Shown in pieces: positions 28,097-36,797 of a stretch of DNA of 64,000 nt (position 1 is the first letter of the stretch; each line of letters starts with the position of its first letter). A model generated the notes under the pieces. That model saw only the letters and a list, made by a program, of their open reading frames with translations, was not told the origin of the DNA and searched no databases. The translations under genes and the position numbers were made by a program. Origin of the DNA: an uncultured Actinomycetes bacterium (GTDB taxonomy: Bacteria; Chloroflexota; Dormibacteria; Aeolococcales; Aeolococcaceae); NCBI GenBank assembly GCA_964508345.1, contig CAZDTK010000001.1, positions 49,248 through 113,247 on the forward strand, in the 5' to 3' direction.

Positions 28097-29361
28097 CCGA
28101 CCGGCACCTGGACGCGGAGGCGGAATCCCCCGCCCGGTGCGGGACCCGCTTCCAGAGTGCCTCCCACTGCCGCCATCCGCTCCCGGAGGCCGCTCAGACC
28201 GCTTCCGCGCCGGCCGGTGGCCACATGGTCCGCGCCTCCGCCGGGGCCAGATCCGTTGTCGTCGATCTCCAGCCAGAATCCTCTCCCGTCGCACCCGAGC
28301 GAGATGCGACAGCTGTCGGCGCGGCTGTGGCGAAGAATGTTGGTCACCCCTTCGCGGACCGCCCAGGCGAGAAGGCTGTCGGCCGTCGCCGGCGGCTGCG
28401 GCCAGTCACCGGGCACGTCGACGCGGATCCCGGCGGCACCCAGAATCTCGTCGGCGTTCCGCAACTCCTCGGCCAGCGACAGCTGCCGGTACCCGCTCAC
28501 CATCTCCCGCACCGCGGTCAGCGATTCGTGGGCGACCGCCTCGAGCTCCTCCAGGGAGGTTTGGGCCGCCGCCGGATCGCGCGCCATCAGTCGGCGTGCC
28601 ACCTGGCTCTTGAGAGCGATCACCGACAGGCTGTGCCCCAGCACGTCGTGGAGGTCACGAGAGAAGCGGAGGCGCTCCTCGACCACCGCGAGGTGGGCGA
28701 TCTCCTCCCGCGCACGGCGCCGCTCGATCATCAGCCAGATCACCGCACGGTAGAAGATCACGGTGACACCCAGGGCGACCGTCATGAGGGCGTAGAAGGC
28801 GACCTGGGGGAGGCTGTACCCGACCGCCAGGCCACCGACGGTCAGGGCGGCCAGGAGCATCACGCCGAGGGTGGCTGCCGGGGGACGCAGGGTCCACCCG
28901 GTGACGACCCCCGCGTAGATCAGCAGGCCTCCGAAGCCGGCTCCAAATCCGAGGGCGAGGCCGATCGTGACGGCGATGAAGGCGGCATAGGGGATCAAGC
29001 TCACCCGGCGCTCCGGCTCGTTGCGGAATCCGGTGGCGAGCCACATGCTGGTCAGGTACAGAGCCGCGAAAAGGGACAGTAGCGCCCACGCGAGCACCGC
29101 TCTGGCGGTGCTCCAGCCGCCGGTGAGGATCTCGCTGATCGGAAAGGCCACGAACACCAGCCAGATGCCGGGCCAGAAGAGGCGATAGAGGATCCGCACC
29201 CCGGGTGTGTCGACTCGCGACAACCGGTCGAGCAGCCCCGAGGGCCGCGCCGCGACGAACGAGCCTTCCGAAATCGGACCGGCCGCGGGATCCCGCCGCG
29301 ACGCACGCTGACCTGGGTCGAGGCGTGCCCTCGGAGGACCATCAGCGAGCGGGTCCGCCAT
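28093..29361 (-). CDS. DesK-like sensor histidine kinase (HisKA_3); frame extends upstream to ATG 29535
   Basis: 5-6 TM, ERLRFSRDLHDVLGHSLS, REGVTNILRHS, DDNGSG, GSGLSGLRER. Confidence 0.93.
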   Translation of the reverse strand: MADPLADGPPRARLDPGQRASRRDPAAGPISEGSFVAARPSGLLDRLSRVDTPGVRILYRLFWPGIWLVFVAFPISEILTGGWSTARAVLAWALLSLFAALYLTSMWLATGFRNEPERRVSLIPYAAFIAVTIGLALGFGAGFGGLLIYAGVVTGWTLRPPAATLGVMLLAALTVGGLAVGYSLPQVAFYALMTVALGVTVIFYRAVIWLMIERRRAREEIAHLAVVEERLRFSRDLHDVLGHSLSVIALKSQVARRLMARDPAAAQTSLEELEAVAHESLTAVREMVSGYRQLSLAEELRNADEILGAAGIRVDVPGDWPQPPATADSLLAWAVREGVTNILRHSRADSCRISLGCDGRGFWLEIDDNGSGPGGGADHVATGRRGSGLSGLRERMAAVGGTLEAGPAPGGGFRLRVQVPVG

Positions 29362-29719
29362 CGGCGGCATCGTAACAGGGGGTGGACTCCCACGCTCCGA
29401 GAGGGCCCCGGCGTGCTCGACCCTCGACCGGTCGACGTCGCTGTGCTTGGCGCAGACGGCCCAAACCAGCACACCTCCGTGCAGCGCGTAGTCGGTGGCC
29501 TCCTCGGAGCAGCCGGCGACCCCGCAGACGATCATGCCTTCCTCTGCGACGCTGCGCTCCGATGATCGCGGGTCTCGTCGTTCTCAGCAGCGCATGGGAG
29601 AACGCCTCCCACACGATCTCGAGGCGTCCCGCTCGGCGTCATGCCCTGGTCAACCCTGCGCGCGTCGCGCCCCCCGCATGTCGGATGTCGACGTCGAGAA
29701 CGTAGCTGCCAGCTGAGGC

Positions 29720-29854
29720 CTAGCTGCCCGACGCCTTGGTGCGTGCGTAGGCAGCGCGCAGGCTCGCCCAGCCTCTCCAAATCAAGCCGATCCCGGCCAG
29801 GAGCACGCCGAGCCCGATCGGGGAACCCCAGCCCAGCAGAGTGGTCCAGTCCAT
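29720..29854 (-). CDS. Small membrane peptide, 44 aa (not in supplied ORF track)
   Basis: MDWTTLLGWGSPIGLGVLLAGIGLIWRGWASLRAAYARTKASGS; GGAGGT SD 9 nt upstream; 38 of 44 codons end in G/C. Confidence 0.75.
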   Translation of the reverse strand: MDWTTLLGWGSPIGLGVLLAGIGLIWRGWASLRAAYARTKASGS

Positions 29855-30016
29855 GTCAAACCCACCTCCCAGTAAACGTTTCTCGGCCGTTGGCAAAGTG
29901 TCGCGGTAAGCCCCGGCTCAACTGGTCCGCCGCCACCCCGACGGTGCGCGGCCGACCATGTCCCGAGCCTAGGGTTTCCTGGCTCCGACCTGTCAGTGGC
30001 GCAGCTCCGGAAGTCG

Positions 30017-30034
30017 CGGTGACATTTGTCACCG
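30017..30034. promoter_or_regulatory. Perfect palindrome CGGTGACA-TT-TGTCACCG, probable response-regulator box
   Basis: 8-bp inverted repeat with 2-bp spacer; half-site CTGACA at 29996-29991 and -10 TAGGCT at 29971-29966 on the minus strand. Confidence 0.65.
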
Positions 30035-30187
30035 TGAGCGTGCGCTGCAGCGCTCAGCGGTGTCTCCTGCCCTTGCGCGCGGGGCGCTCCGCGGCGGCCC
30101 GAGTGGAGCGCAGGGTCGACCGCCAACAGGACAGGATGCCGACCGTGGCACGGCCGGCCCTGCAGGCGGTCGTGACGAAGTCCAAAG

Positions 30188-30259
30188 TACCCCCGGCCGG
30201 AATCGAACCAGCGCACAAGGTTTAGGAAACCTCTGCTCTATCCACTGAGCTACGGGGGC
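30188..30259 (-). tRNA. tRNA-Arg(CCT)
   Basis: GCCCCCGTAGCTCAGTGGATAGAGC, anticodon arm GAGGT-TTCCTAA-ACCTT, GGTTCGATTCC; G1:U72; CCA not encoded. Confidence 0.96.
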
Positions 30260-30348
30260 CCGGCGCCCAGTTTAGGAGGGTCCCTCGATCAGTTGGGCAG
30301 GCCAGACGCCCTCGGCGGCTTCATCGAGCCCACCCGGCCGGCCGTTTC

Positions 30349-30738
30349 CTAGAACTCGTAGTCCAGGGTATAGGTGTGCTCGCCGCCGGGCCCGACCGTG
30401 ATCTGGCCCTCGCCGCGGATACCGTCCAGGTCGCCGGTCCCGCTCGTCTCGACGATCTTCCAGGTCATCCAGAGCGTGCCGCTCGTGCTGCCCGCGTTGT
30501 GCTCCAGGACGAAGCTGCCGGAGCGGCCGTGCACTGCGCCGTCGAAGCGTTCGATGCCCGCGTAGGCGGCGGGGATCCGGGTGTGCACCATGACGATGTC
30601 GGTCTCACTGGTGCCCACCAGGTCGCCGTGGAAGGTCTTGGAGATGTGAGCGCGCGTCAGCGTCACGCCCTCGCGGCTGTCGTGCGGCTCCTCGCTGTCG
30701 AAGCGGTCGATGTCGAAACTGCCCGCGGCCCTGGCCAT
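30349..30738 (-). CDS. DUF3224-like beta-barrel protein
   Basis: KTFHGDLVGTS, AYAGIERFDGAVHGRSGSFVLEH, SGTGDLDGIRG, YTLDYEF. Confidence 0.85.
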   Translation of the reverse strand: MARAAGSFDIDRFDSEEPHDSREGVTLTRAHISKTFHGDLVGTSETDIVMVHTRIPAAYAGIERFDGAVHGRSGSFVLEHNAGSTSGTLWMTWKIVETSGTGDLDGIRGEGQITVGPGGEHTYTLDYEF

Positions 30739-30803
30739 GGTCCTCATCCTACCAGGCGGCCGAACGCCGGTTCGATCGTCCCGGCCCGCCGGTGCCGCGG
30801 ACG

Positions 30804-31706
30804 TCAGCCGGCGGCGGGGCTCCCGTCCATGGCGATGGGGAGATAGAAGAGGCCGGGCGCGACCAGGCCATCGGCCAGGCCGATGCTCTGGAGCAGCGAC
30901 TCCATGGCCGTTCTCGCCGCCTCGCGGACCTTGGAGAAATCAGCCACCTTGAGCGGGTTCGCGATCCGGGGGCAGATGAGGGTCACCGGGAGGTGCTTGC
31001 TGAAGCGGTCGAAGTCGGCCAGCAGCCGGCGGTGGAGGGCCACCATGGTGACCCGCTCGAAGACGTCGGAGATGCGGCGCAGCGCGGGCACCGCAGGCTC
31101 CGCGGTGAGGTCCACCGCGATGATCTGGGCGGCCCCCATCCGGACCGCGGTGGCGAGGCTGCAGTTGTCGGTGACGCCGCCGTCCACGTAGCTCCGGTCG
31201 CCGAGGCGCACAGGTTGAAAGACGCACGGTATGGCGGCGGAGGCCCGCAGCGGGTCGCGGAGCGGGCCCTGGGTGATCACCACCGGGTCTCCCGTCTGGA
31301 GGTCGGTGACGATGACCTCCAGAGGGTGGCGCAGCTCCTCGAAGGTGGTCATCCCGGTCACCCCCATCGCGTAGTCGACCAGGTCGCCGATGGCGTCGTC
31401 GCTGCGCATCCAGGGCCGCCGCCGGGCGCGGTTCACCAGCATCTGCAGCGGGTGGGAGCGGAAGACCGCCCGGGTCTGCGGGCTGGCCCAGACCTTCTCG
31501 AGCATGTCCAGCGCCACCGGGAGCGGGTGGCTGGCGACCACCGCCGCGTTGAGGGCTCCCACGCTCGTCCCCACGCAGGCGTCGGGTTCGAGCCCGCGCT
31601 CGGCCAGGGCGCGAAGGATTCCCAGCTGGGCAGCTCCACGGCCCCCACCGCCGCTGAGCACGAGGACCGTCTCGATCTGCGATCCGGTCCTGCTCTTCAC
31701 CCTCAT
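30804..31706 (-). CDS. Patatin-like phospholipase
   Basis: LSGGGGRG, GTSVG nucleophile elbow, YVDGG. Confidence 0.93.
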   Translation of the reverse strand: MRVKSRTGSQIETVLVLSGGGGRGAAQLGILRALAERGLEPDACVGTSVGALNAAVVASHPLPVALDMLEKVWASPQTRAVFRSHPLQMLVNRARRRPWMRSDDAIGDLVDYAMGVTGMTTFEELRHPLEVIVTDLQTGDPVVITQGPLRDPLRASAAIPCVFQPVRLGDRSYVDGGVTDNCSLATAVRMGAAQIIAVDLTAEPAVPALRRISDVFERVTMVALHRRLLADFDRFSKHLPVTLICPRIANPLKVADFSKVREAARTAMESLLQSIGLADGLVAPGLFYLPIAMDGSPAAG

Positions 31707-31863
31707 AGAGTGACACGCCCCGCTCGGCGGAGGCCGCTTTGCGAGGGAGCGGCTCCGCCCGAGCCGGCGATCTCGACCGCCACGGCACGCGTCGCGCGCC
31801 GCGAGGGGGTCACCACCCGGGTGGCGACGGATGCTGGCGGACCTCGCCGCCAGACCGTGGGAT

Positions 31864-31977
31864 TCAGCTCTTTGCCTTGCCCCTGCTCATGAACCAGATC
31901 ACAGCCACGATGATGACCACGATCACCACCACGTAGACGATGATCTCCTTGGTTCCAAACACGTTGAATGCGAGCAT
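31864..31977 (-). CDS. Small single-TM peptide, 37 aa
   Basis: MLAFNVFGTKEIIVYVVVIVVIIVAVIWFMSRGKAKS; GGAGAGG SD 5 nt upstream. Confidence 0.7.
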   Translation of the reverse strand: MLAFNVFGTKEIIVYVVVIVVIIVAVIWFMSRGKAKS

Positions 31978-32163
31978 TGAGCCTCTCCCCGGGTCTGCGG
32001 ATTCAAGGTCGCGGCGGCGGCCGGACGGGACGAGGCGTGAGCCTACCCCAGCGGGACCTGGCCCTGCAGGACCGCCCGCGGCCGGGGCGATCCCCGCGCC
32101 GGCACGTCGCCGGCCAGCCATGAGGAGGCCGGCGCCCGCGAGTCATGAGGGAGGCGGCGCCCG

Positions 32164-32238
32164 TCGGGAAGGCGAGATTCGAACTCGCGACCTCACGGTC
32201 CCGAACCGTGCACTCTAACCTGGCTGAGCTACTTCCCG
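32164..32238 (-). tRNA. tRNA-Pro(CGG)
   Basis: CGGGAAGTAGCTCAGC, anticodon arm CACGG-TTCGGGA-CCGTG, GTTCGAATC; C1:G72, A73; CCA not encoded. Confidence 0.96.
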
Positions 32239-32408
32239 ATCGTCGGCATGATAGCAGCGAGGGAGCGGTCGGCCCGGACGCTTCGAACCCGCCCCTCCCA
32301 GCTTCGGACCCGGCCTGAACGCCGGAGCGACCACGAGCACCCTGCTAGGGTCTACGCGCCGGTCGCCGCGCCCCTGGCTGGGGCGGGTCGCCCGGGGAGG
32401 CGTGGGCG

Positions 32409-32984
32409 ATGCCCAAGGTTCTGATCCTGGCCGGGGACGCGGCCGAGTCCCTCGAGGTGATGTACCCGTACCAGCGGCTGCTCGAGGAGGGGTACACGGT
32501 GCACATCGCCGGTCCCACCCGCAAGCGCCTGCAGTTCGTCATCCACGACTTCGTGGACGGCTTCGACACCTACACCGAGAAGCCCGGCTACACCTGGCCC
32601 GCCGACCTCGCCTTCGCCGAGGTCGATCCTGCCGGGTACGCCGCGCTGGTCATCCCGGGGGGCCGGGCACCGGAGTACATCCGCAACGACCCGGACGTGC
32701 TCCGCATCATCCACCACTTCTTCGCGGCGCCCAAACCGGTGGCGGAGATCTGCCATGCGCCGCTGGCGCTCGCCGCCGCCGGGGTGCTCCGCGGCCGCCG
32801 CACCGCCGCCTACCCCGCCCTGCAGCCCGACGTCCAGGCCGCCGGAGGGACCTTCGTGGACGCGGCCGCCGTCGTCGACGGGATGATGGTCTCGGCCCGG
32901 GCCTGGCCCGACCACCCCGCCTGGATGCGCGCCTTCCTGGAGCTGCTCCGCGAGCAGGCCCCGGTCTCCCCGGGCGTCAGCTGA
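32409..32984 (+). CDS. DJ-1/PfpI family protein (PfpI/protease I-like)
   Basis: GDAAESLEVMYP, IPGGRAPEYIR, EICHAP. Confidence 0.93.
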   Translation: MPKVLILAGDAAESLEVMYPYQRLLEEGYTVHIAGPTRKRLQFVIHDFVDGFDTYTEKPGYTWPADLAFAEVDPAGYAALVIPGGRAPEYIRNDPDVLRIIHHFFAAPKPVAEICHAPLALAAAGVLRGRRTAAYPALQPDVQAAGGTFVDAAAVVDGMMVSARAWPDHPAWMRAFLELLREQAPVSPGVS

Positions 32985-33849
32985 GCTTGCCGAGCTGGGC
33001 GACCTGGTCGTCGGTGAGGCCGATCAGGGCGGCCTCCACGTTCTCCTCCAGGTGGCTGACGCTGGCGGTCCCGGGGATGGGCAGCATCACCGCCGACCGG
33101 TGCAGCAGCCAGGCCAGGGCGACCTGAACGGGGGTGCTGCCGAGCTTGCGGCTGAAGGCGGTGAGCGGTCCGTCGTCGCGCCCCAGGTCACCGGTCGCAA
33201 GTGGCGACCAGGGGATGAAGCCGATGCGCTCGCGCTCGCAGAGGTCGAGCACATCCTCGGAGCCCCGGTCCACCAGGTTGTAGCGGTTCTGGACGGTCGC
33301 GATCGAGGCGACCGCCCGCGCCGACTTCACCTGGTCGACGCTCACGTTGGAGAGCCCGATCAGCCGGATCTTGCCCTCCGACTGGAGTGCGAGCAGCTCG
33401 CCGACCTGCTCCTCCAGCGGGACCTGCGGGTCGGGGCGGTGAAGCTGGAGAAGCGGGATCTGCTCCAGGCCCAATCGCCGGAGGCTCATCTCGCATTCCT
33501 GGCGCAGATACGCAGGGCGCCCGACCGGGTGCCACTGACCGGGACCGGTGCGCACCAGGCCCGCCTTGGTTGCGATCACCAGCTGCTCGGGATAGGGGTG
33601 CAGCGCGGTGCGGATCAGCTCCTCGCTCACGTACGGCCCGTAGGCGTCGGCGGTGTCGATGAGGTCGATGCCCAGATCGACCGCTCGCCGGAGCACGCGG
33701 ATCGCCTCCTCCCGGTCGGCGGGCTCGCCCCAGATGCCGGGGCCCGTGATCCGCATCGCGCCGAACCCGAGGCGATGGACGGCGAGCTGGCCCCCCAGTG
33801 CGAAGGTGCCACTGGCTGTCGCCGGTCGCTCGATGCTCGGAGCCGCCAT
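32977..33849 (-). CDS. Aldo/keto reductase
   Basis: [39 protein letters not shown]; GAGGAGG SD. Confidence 0.94.
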   Translation of the reverse strand: MAAPSIERPATASGTFALGGQLAVHRLGFGAMRITGPGIWGEPADREEAIRVLRRAVDLGIDLIDTADAYGPYVSEELIRTALHPYPEQLVIATKAGLVRTGPGQWHPVGRPAYLRQECEMSLRRLGLEQIPLLQLHRPDPQVPLEEQVGELLALQSEGKIRLIGLSNVSVDQVKSARAVASIATVQNRYNLVDRGSEDVLDLCERERIGFIPWSPLATGDLGRDDGPLTAFSRKLGSTPVQVALAWLLHRSAVMLPIPGTASVSHLEENVEAALIGLTDDQVAQLGKLS

Positions 33850-34012
33850 CACTCTCGCCTCCTCAGTGCCGGCCGGGTCCCGATCCGGCCCACCGGGCCA
33901 TCCTGACACAGCCGCACGCCGCTTCCGGACGCGCCTCGCCCTGGCGGCGAGGCCGGCGCGGGCGTCTAGAATGGATCGGATAACCACCAACTGCACCAAG
34001 GCAGGCGACCCG

Positions 34013-34933
34013 ATGACGGCTGACGGCACCGACGCACCCACCCCCAACGGCGAGCACCGCGGAGGGCTGCGGGTCAAGCGCGGCCTGGCCGAGATGCTCA
34101 AGGGCGGGGTGATCATGGACGTGGTCACCGCCGAGCAGGCCAAGGTCGCCGAGGAGGCCGGGGCGGTGGCGGTGATGGCCCTGGAGCGGGTCCCGGCCGA
34201 CATCCGCCGCGAGGGCGGGGTGGCTCGGATGAGCGACGTCTCCCTGATCAAGGCGATCATGGCCGCGGTCACCATCCCGGTGATGGCCAAGGCCCGGATC
34301 GGCCACTTCGTCGAGGCTCAGGTCCTGGAGGCGCTGGGCATCGATTACGTGGACGAGTCCGAGGTGCTGACGCCCGCCGACGAGGAGCACCACATCGACA
34401 AGTGGGCGTTCACTGTGCCCTTCGTCTGCGGTGCCCGCGACCTCGGCGAGGCCCTGCGCCGGATCGGCGAGGGGGCGGCCATGGTCCGGACCAAGGGGGA
34501 GGCCGGCACCGGCAACGTGGTCGAGGCGGTCCGCCACATGCGCGCCGTGCTCGGTGGCATCCGCCAGCTCCAGGCGATGCGTCACGACGAGCTGATGGCC
34601 GAAGCCAAGCTCCTGGGCGCCCCCTACGAGCTGGTCGCCGAGGTCGCCGAGACGGGGAGGCTCCCGGTCGTGAACTTCTCGGCCGGCGGCATCGCCACCC
34701 CCGCCGACGCCGCCCTGATGATGCAGCTCGGCGCCGACGGCAACTTCGTGGGCAGCGGCATCTTCAAGAGCGACGACCCCCTCGGCTACGCCAAGGCGAT
34801 CGTCGCCGCCACCACCTACTACGACAAGCCGGACGTCATCGCCGACGTGAGCGCCGGCCTGGGCAGGGCCATGCGCGGCCTGGACGTCGCCTCCATGCCC
34901 CGGGAGGAGCTGCTCGCCACCCGCGGCTGGTGA
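34013..34933 (+). CDS. pdxS: Pyridoxal 5'-phosphate synthase lyase subunit
   Basis: [30 protein letters not shown]-type motif, [16 protein letters not shown]. Confidence 0.97.
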   Translation: MTADGTDAPTPNGEHRGGLRVKRGLAEMLKGGVIMDVVTAEQAKVAEEAGAVAVMALERVPADIRREGGVARMSDVSLIKAIMAAVTIPVMAKARIGHFVEAQVLEALGIDYVDESEVLTPADEEHHIDKWAFTVPFVCGARDLGEALRRIGEGAAMVRTKGEAGTGNVVEAVRHMRAVLGGIRQLQAMRHDELMAEAKLLGAPYELVAEVAETGRLPVVNFSAGGIATPADAALMMQLGADGNFVGSGIFKSDDPLGYAKAIVAATTYYDKPDVIADVSAGLGRAMRGLDVASMPREELLATRGW

Positions 34934-35079
34934 GCCCGGTCAGGCCTCGAGACCCCGCCGGGGCGCCCGCCCCGGCCCGGGCCGCATCCCCGGCTGTGAC
35001 ATCGGCGCGGCGACAGCGCCCCCTTCCTTGGGTACACTGGCCGCAGTGACCGAGATGCCGCTGGTGCCATCCCCCCGGG

Positions 35080-35718
35080 GTGGCTCGCGTGTCCGGGGGA
35101 CCTGAAGCCATCCTCCGCGTAGGTGTGCTCGCTCTGCAGGGGGACGTGCGCGAGCATCTGGCTGCGTTCCGCCGCTCGGGGGCCGAGGCCGTCGCGGTGC
35201 GGACCGCCGAGGAGCTGGGGGGCGTTCATGCCCTGGCCCTGCCGGGGGGTGAGTCGACGACCATGAGCCGATTGATCCGCACCTTCGGACTGGAGGCCGC
35301 GCTGCGCCGCCGCCTCGCCGATGGGATGCCGACCTTCTCCACCTGCGCGGGCACCATCCTGCTCAGCCGCGAGATCCTGGACGGCACCGAGGACCAGATC
35401 GCCCTGGGCACCCTCGACCTGCGCACCCGGCGCAACGGCTACGGCCGCCAGGTCGAGTCCTTCGAGTGCGACCTCGACCTGCCCGCCGCCGGAGCCGATC
35501 CCTTCCCCGCCATCTTCATCCGGGCCCCCGTCATCGAGAGCTGCGGGCCGGGGGTCGAGGTGCTGGCGACGGTCGAGGACCGCCCCGTGGCGGTGCGCCA
35601 GGGCCAGCACCTGAGCTTCACCTTCCACCCCGAGATGACCGCCGACACCCGCCTCCACCGCCTCTTCCTGGAGCGGGTCGCCGAGGTGCCCCTCCCCTCC
35701 GAGGACAGCGCCGCGTGA
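35080..35718 (+). CDS. pdxT: PLP synthase glutaminase subunit
   Basis: [40 protein letters not shown]. Confidence 0.96.
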   Translation: MARVSGGPEAILRVGVLALQGDVREHLAAFRRSGAEAVAVRTAEELGGVHALALPGGESTTMSRLIRTFGLEAALRRRLADGMPTFSTCAGTILLSREILDGTEDQIALGTLDLRTRRNGYGRQVESFECDLDLPAAGADPFPAIFIRAPVIESCGPGVEVLATVEDRPVAVRQGQHLSFTFHPEMTADTRLHRLFLERVAEVPLPSEDSAA

Positions 35719-36797
35719 ACATCCGGCTCGCCTCCTTCCGCGACCTGGCCCGCATCGAGCAGCTCTACAGCGAGGCCGGCAGCGGCGACGAGCAGGCCCT
35801 CCAGCTCTCCCCCGACCACCCGGTGCCGCAGGCGACCCTGCTGCGGCTCTGGTACGCGCTCAGCAAGACGGTCTCCTCACTGGTCCCCTTCAACGTGGGG
35901 ACGACGGGGGACACCCTGTTCGTCGCCGAGACCCGGGAGGGGATCGTCGGCTTCATCCAGGCGCAGACGTCGGGGGAGCGCGCCGCCACCCTGCAGATCC
36001 TCAACCTCTGCGTCGCCGCCAGCGCCAGCGGCCACTTCGCTCGCGCCCAGCTGCTGACCCAGCTCACCAATCACGCCCTGGAGCACGGCATCCACCGCTT
36101 CGTGGTGCGCCTGCCCCTGGACCATCCGCTCACCGGCACCTTCCTGGAGCAGGGATTCGTCCAGCTCGCGACCGAGCAGATCCTCTACAGCGACGACGTC
36201 CCCGCCATCGATGCCGGCAGCCACGGCCCCTCTCTCCGCCCCGCCCGGCCCGAGGACGTCGGCGCCATCTACCTCCTCTACCTGCGCACCACGCCCTCGC
36301 ACGTCGCCAGCCTGGAGGGGTCGTCCCTCAAGGTCTGGCAGGCGGGTTTCGCCGAGGGCGCGATGACCCGGATCACCCACGACGAGGTGCGTCACTTCGT
36401 GCTCGAGAATCCCGGGGTGGTCGCCTGGGCCGCGATCCGCCCGGCCTCGTCGACGCGGCCCACCCAGCTCTCCCTGATGTGCGACGGGCATCACCCGCGG
36501 CTGCGCGAGGCGGTGATCGACAGCGCGCTCCGCGAGCTCCCCCCCGGCCCGGTGTCGTCGGTTCTGCGCCATTACGACTCGGAGCTGATCCGGAGCCTGC
36601 AGAAGCGCGGCTTCGCGATCTACGGCACCCAGGTCCTGCTGGTCCGCGACCTCGCCACCAAGGTGCGGCTGCGCACCGCGCGCTCGCGCGAGAAGCCGGT
36701 GCTGGTGCACGCCCACCTGGCGCAGACGGTGCCCGCCGACGGAGCGCCCAGCCTCCGCGTGCTGAGCCGGAGGAGCGAGCGATCGCCACGGCCGTAG
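35715..36797 (+). CDS. Hypothetical protein with probable tandem GNAT folds
   Basis: Two starts of the IRxA/LRPA...D type, GIVGFIQ strand, degenerate acyl-CoA loops; GTGA overlap with pdxT. Confidence 0.6.
   Translation: MNIRLASFRDLARIEQLYSEAGSGDEQALQLSPDHPVPQATLLRLWYALSKTVSSLVPFNVGTTGDTLFVAETREGIVGFIQAQTSGERAATLQILNLCVAASASGHFARAQLLTQLTNHALEHGIHRFVVRLPLDHPLTGTFLEQGFVQLATEQILYSDDVPAIDAGSHGPSLRPARPEDVGAIYLLYLRTTPSHVASLEGSSLKVWQAGFAEGAMTRITHDEVRHFVLENPGVVAWAAIRPASSTRPTQLSLMCDGHHPRLREAVIDSALRELPPGPVSSVLRHYDSELIRSLQKRGFAIYGTQVLLVRDLATKVRLRTARSREKPVLVHAHLAQTVPADGAPSLRVLSRRSERSPRP

Noticed and set aside
29540-30187. Prophage or island remnant at the tRNA-Arg 3' end
   Set aside because: No integrase or att duplication seen; the region is better explained by the operator, promoter and small ORFs.
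29782-30216. ORF-track proteins overlapping the tRNAs (29782-30216, 31940-32218)
   Set aside because: They run through tRNA genes and have no coding features.
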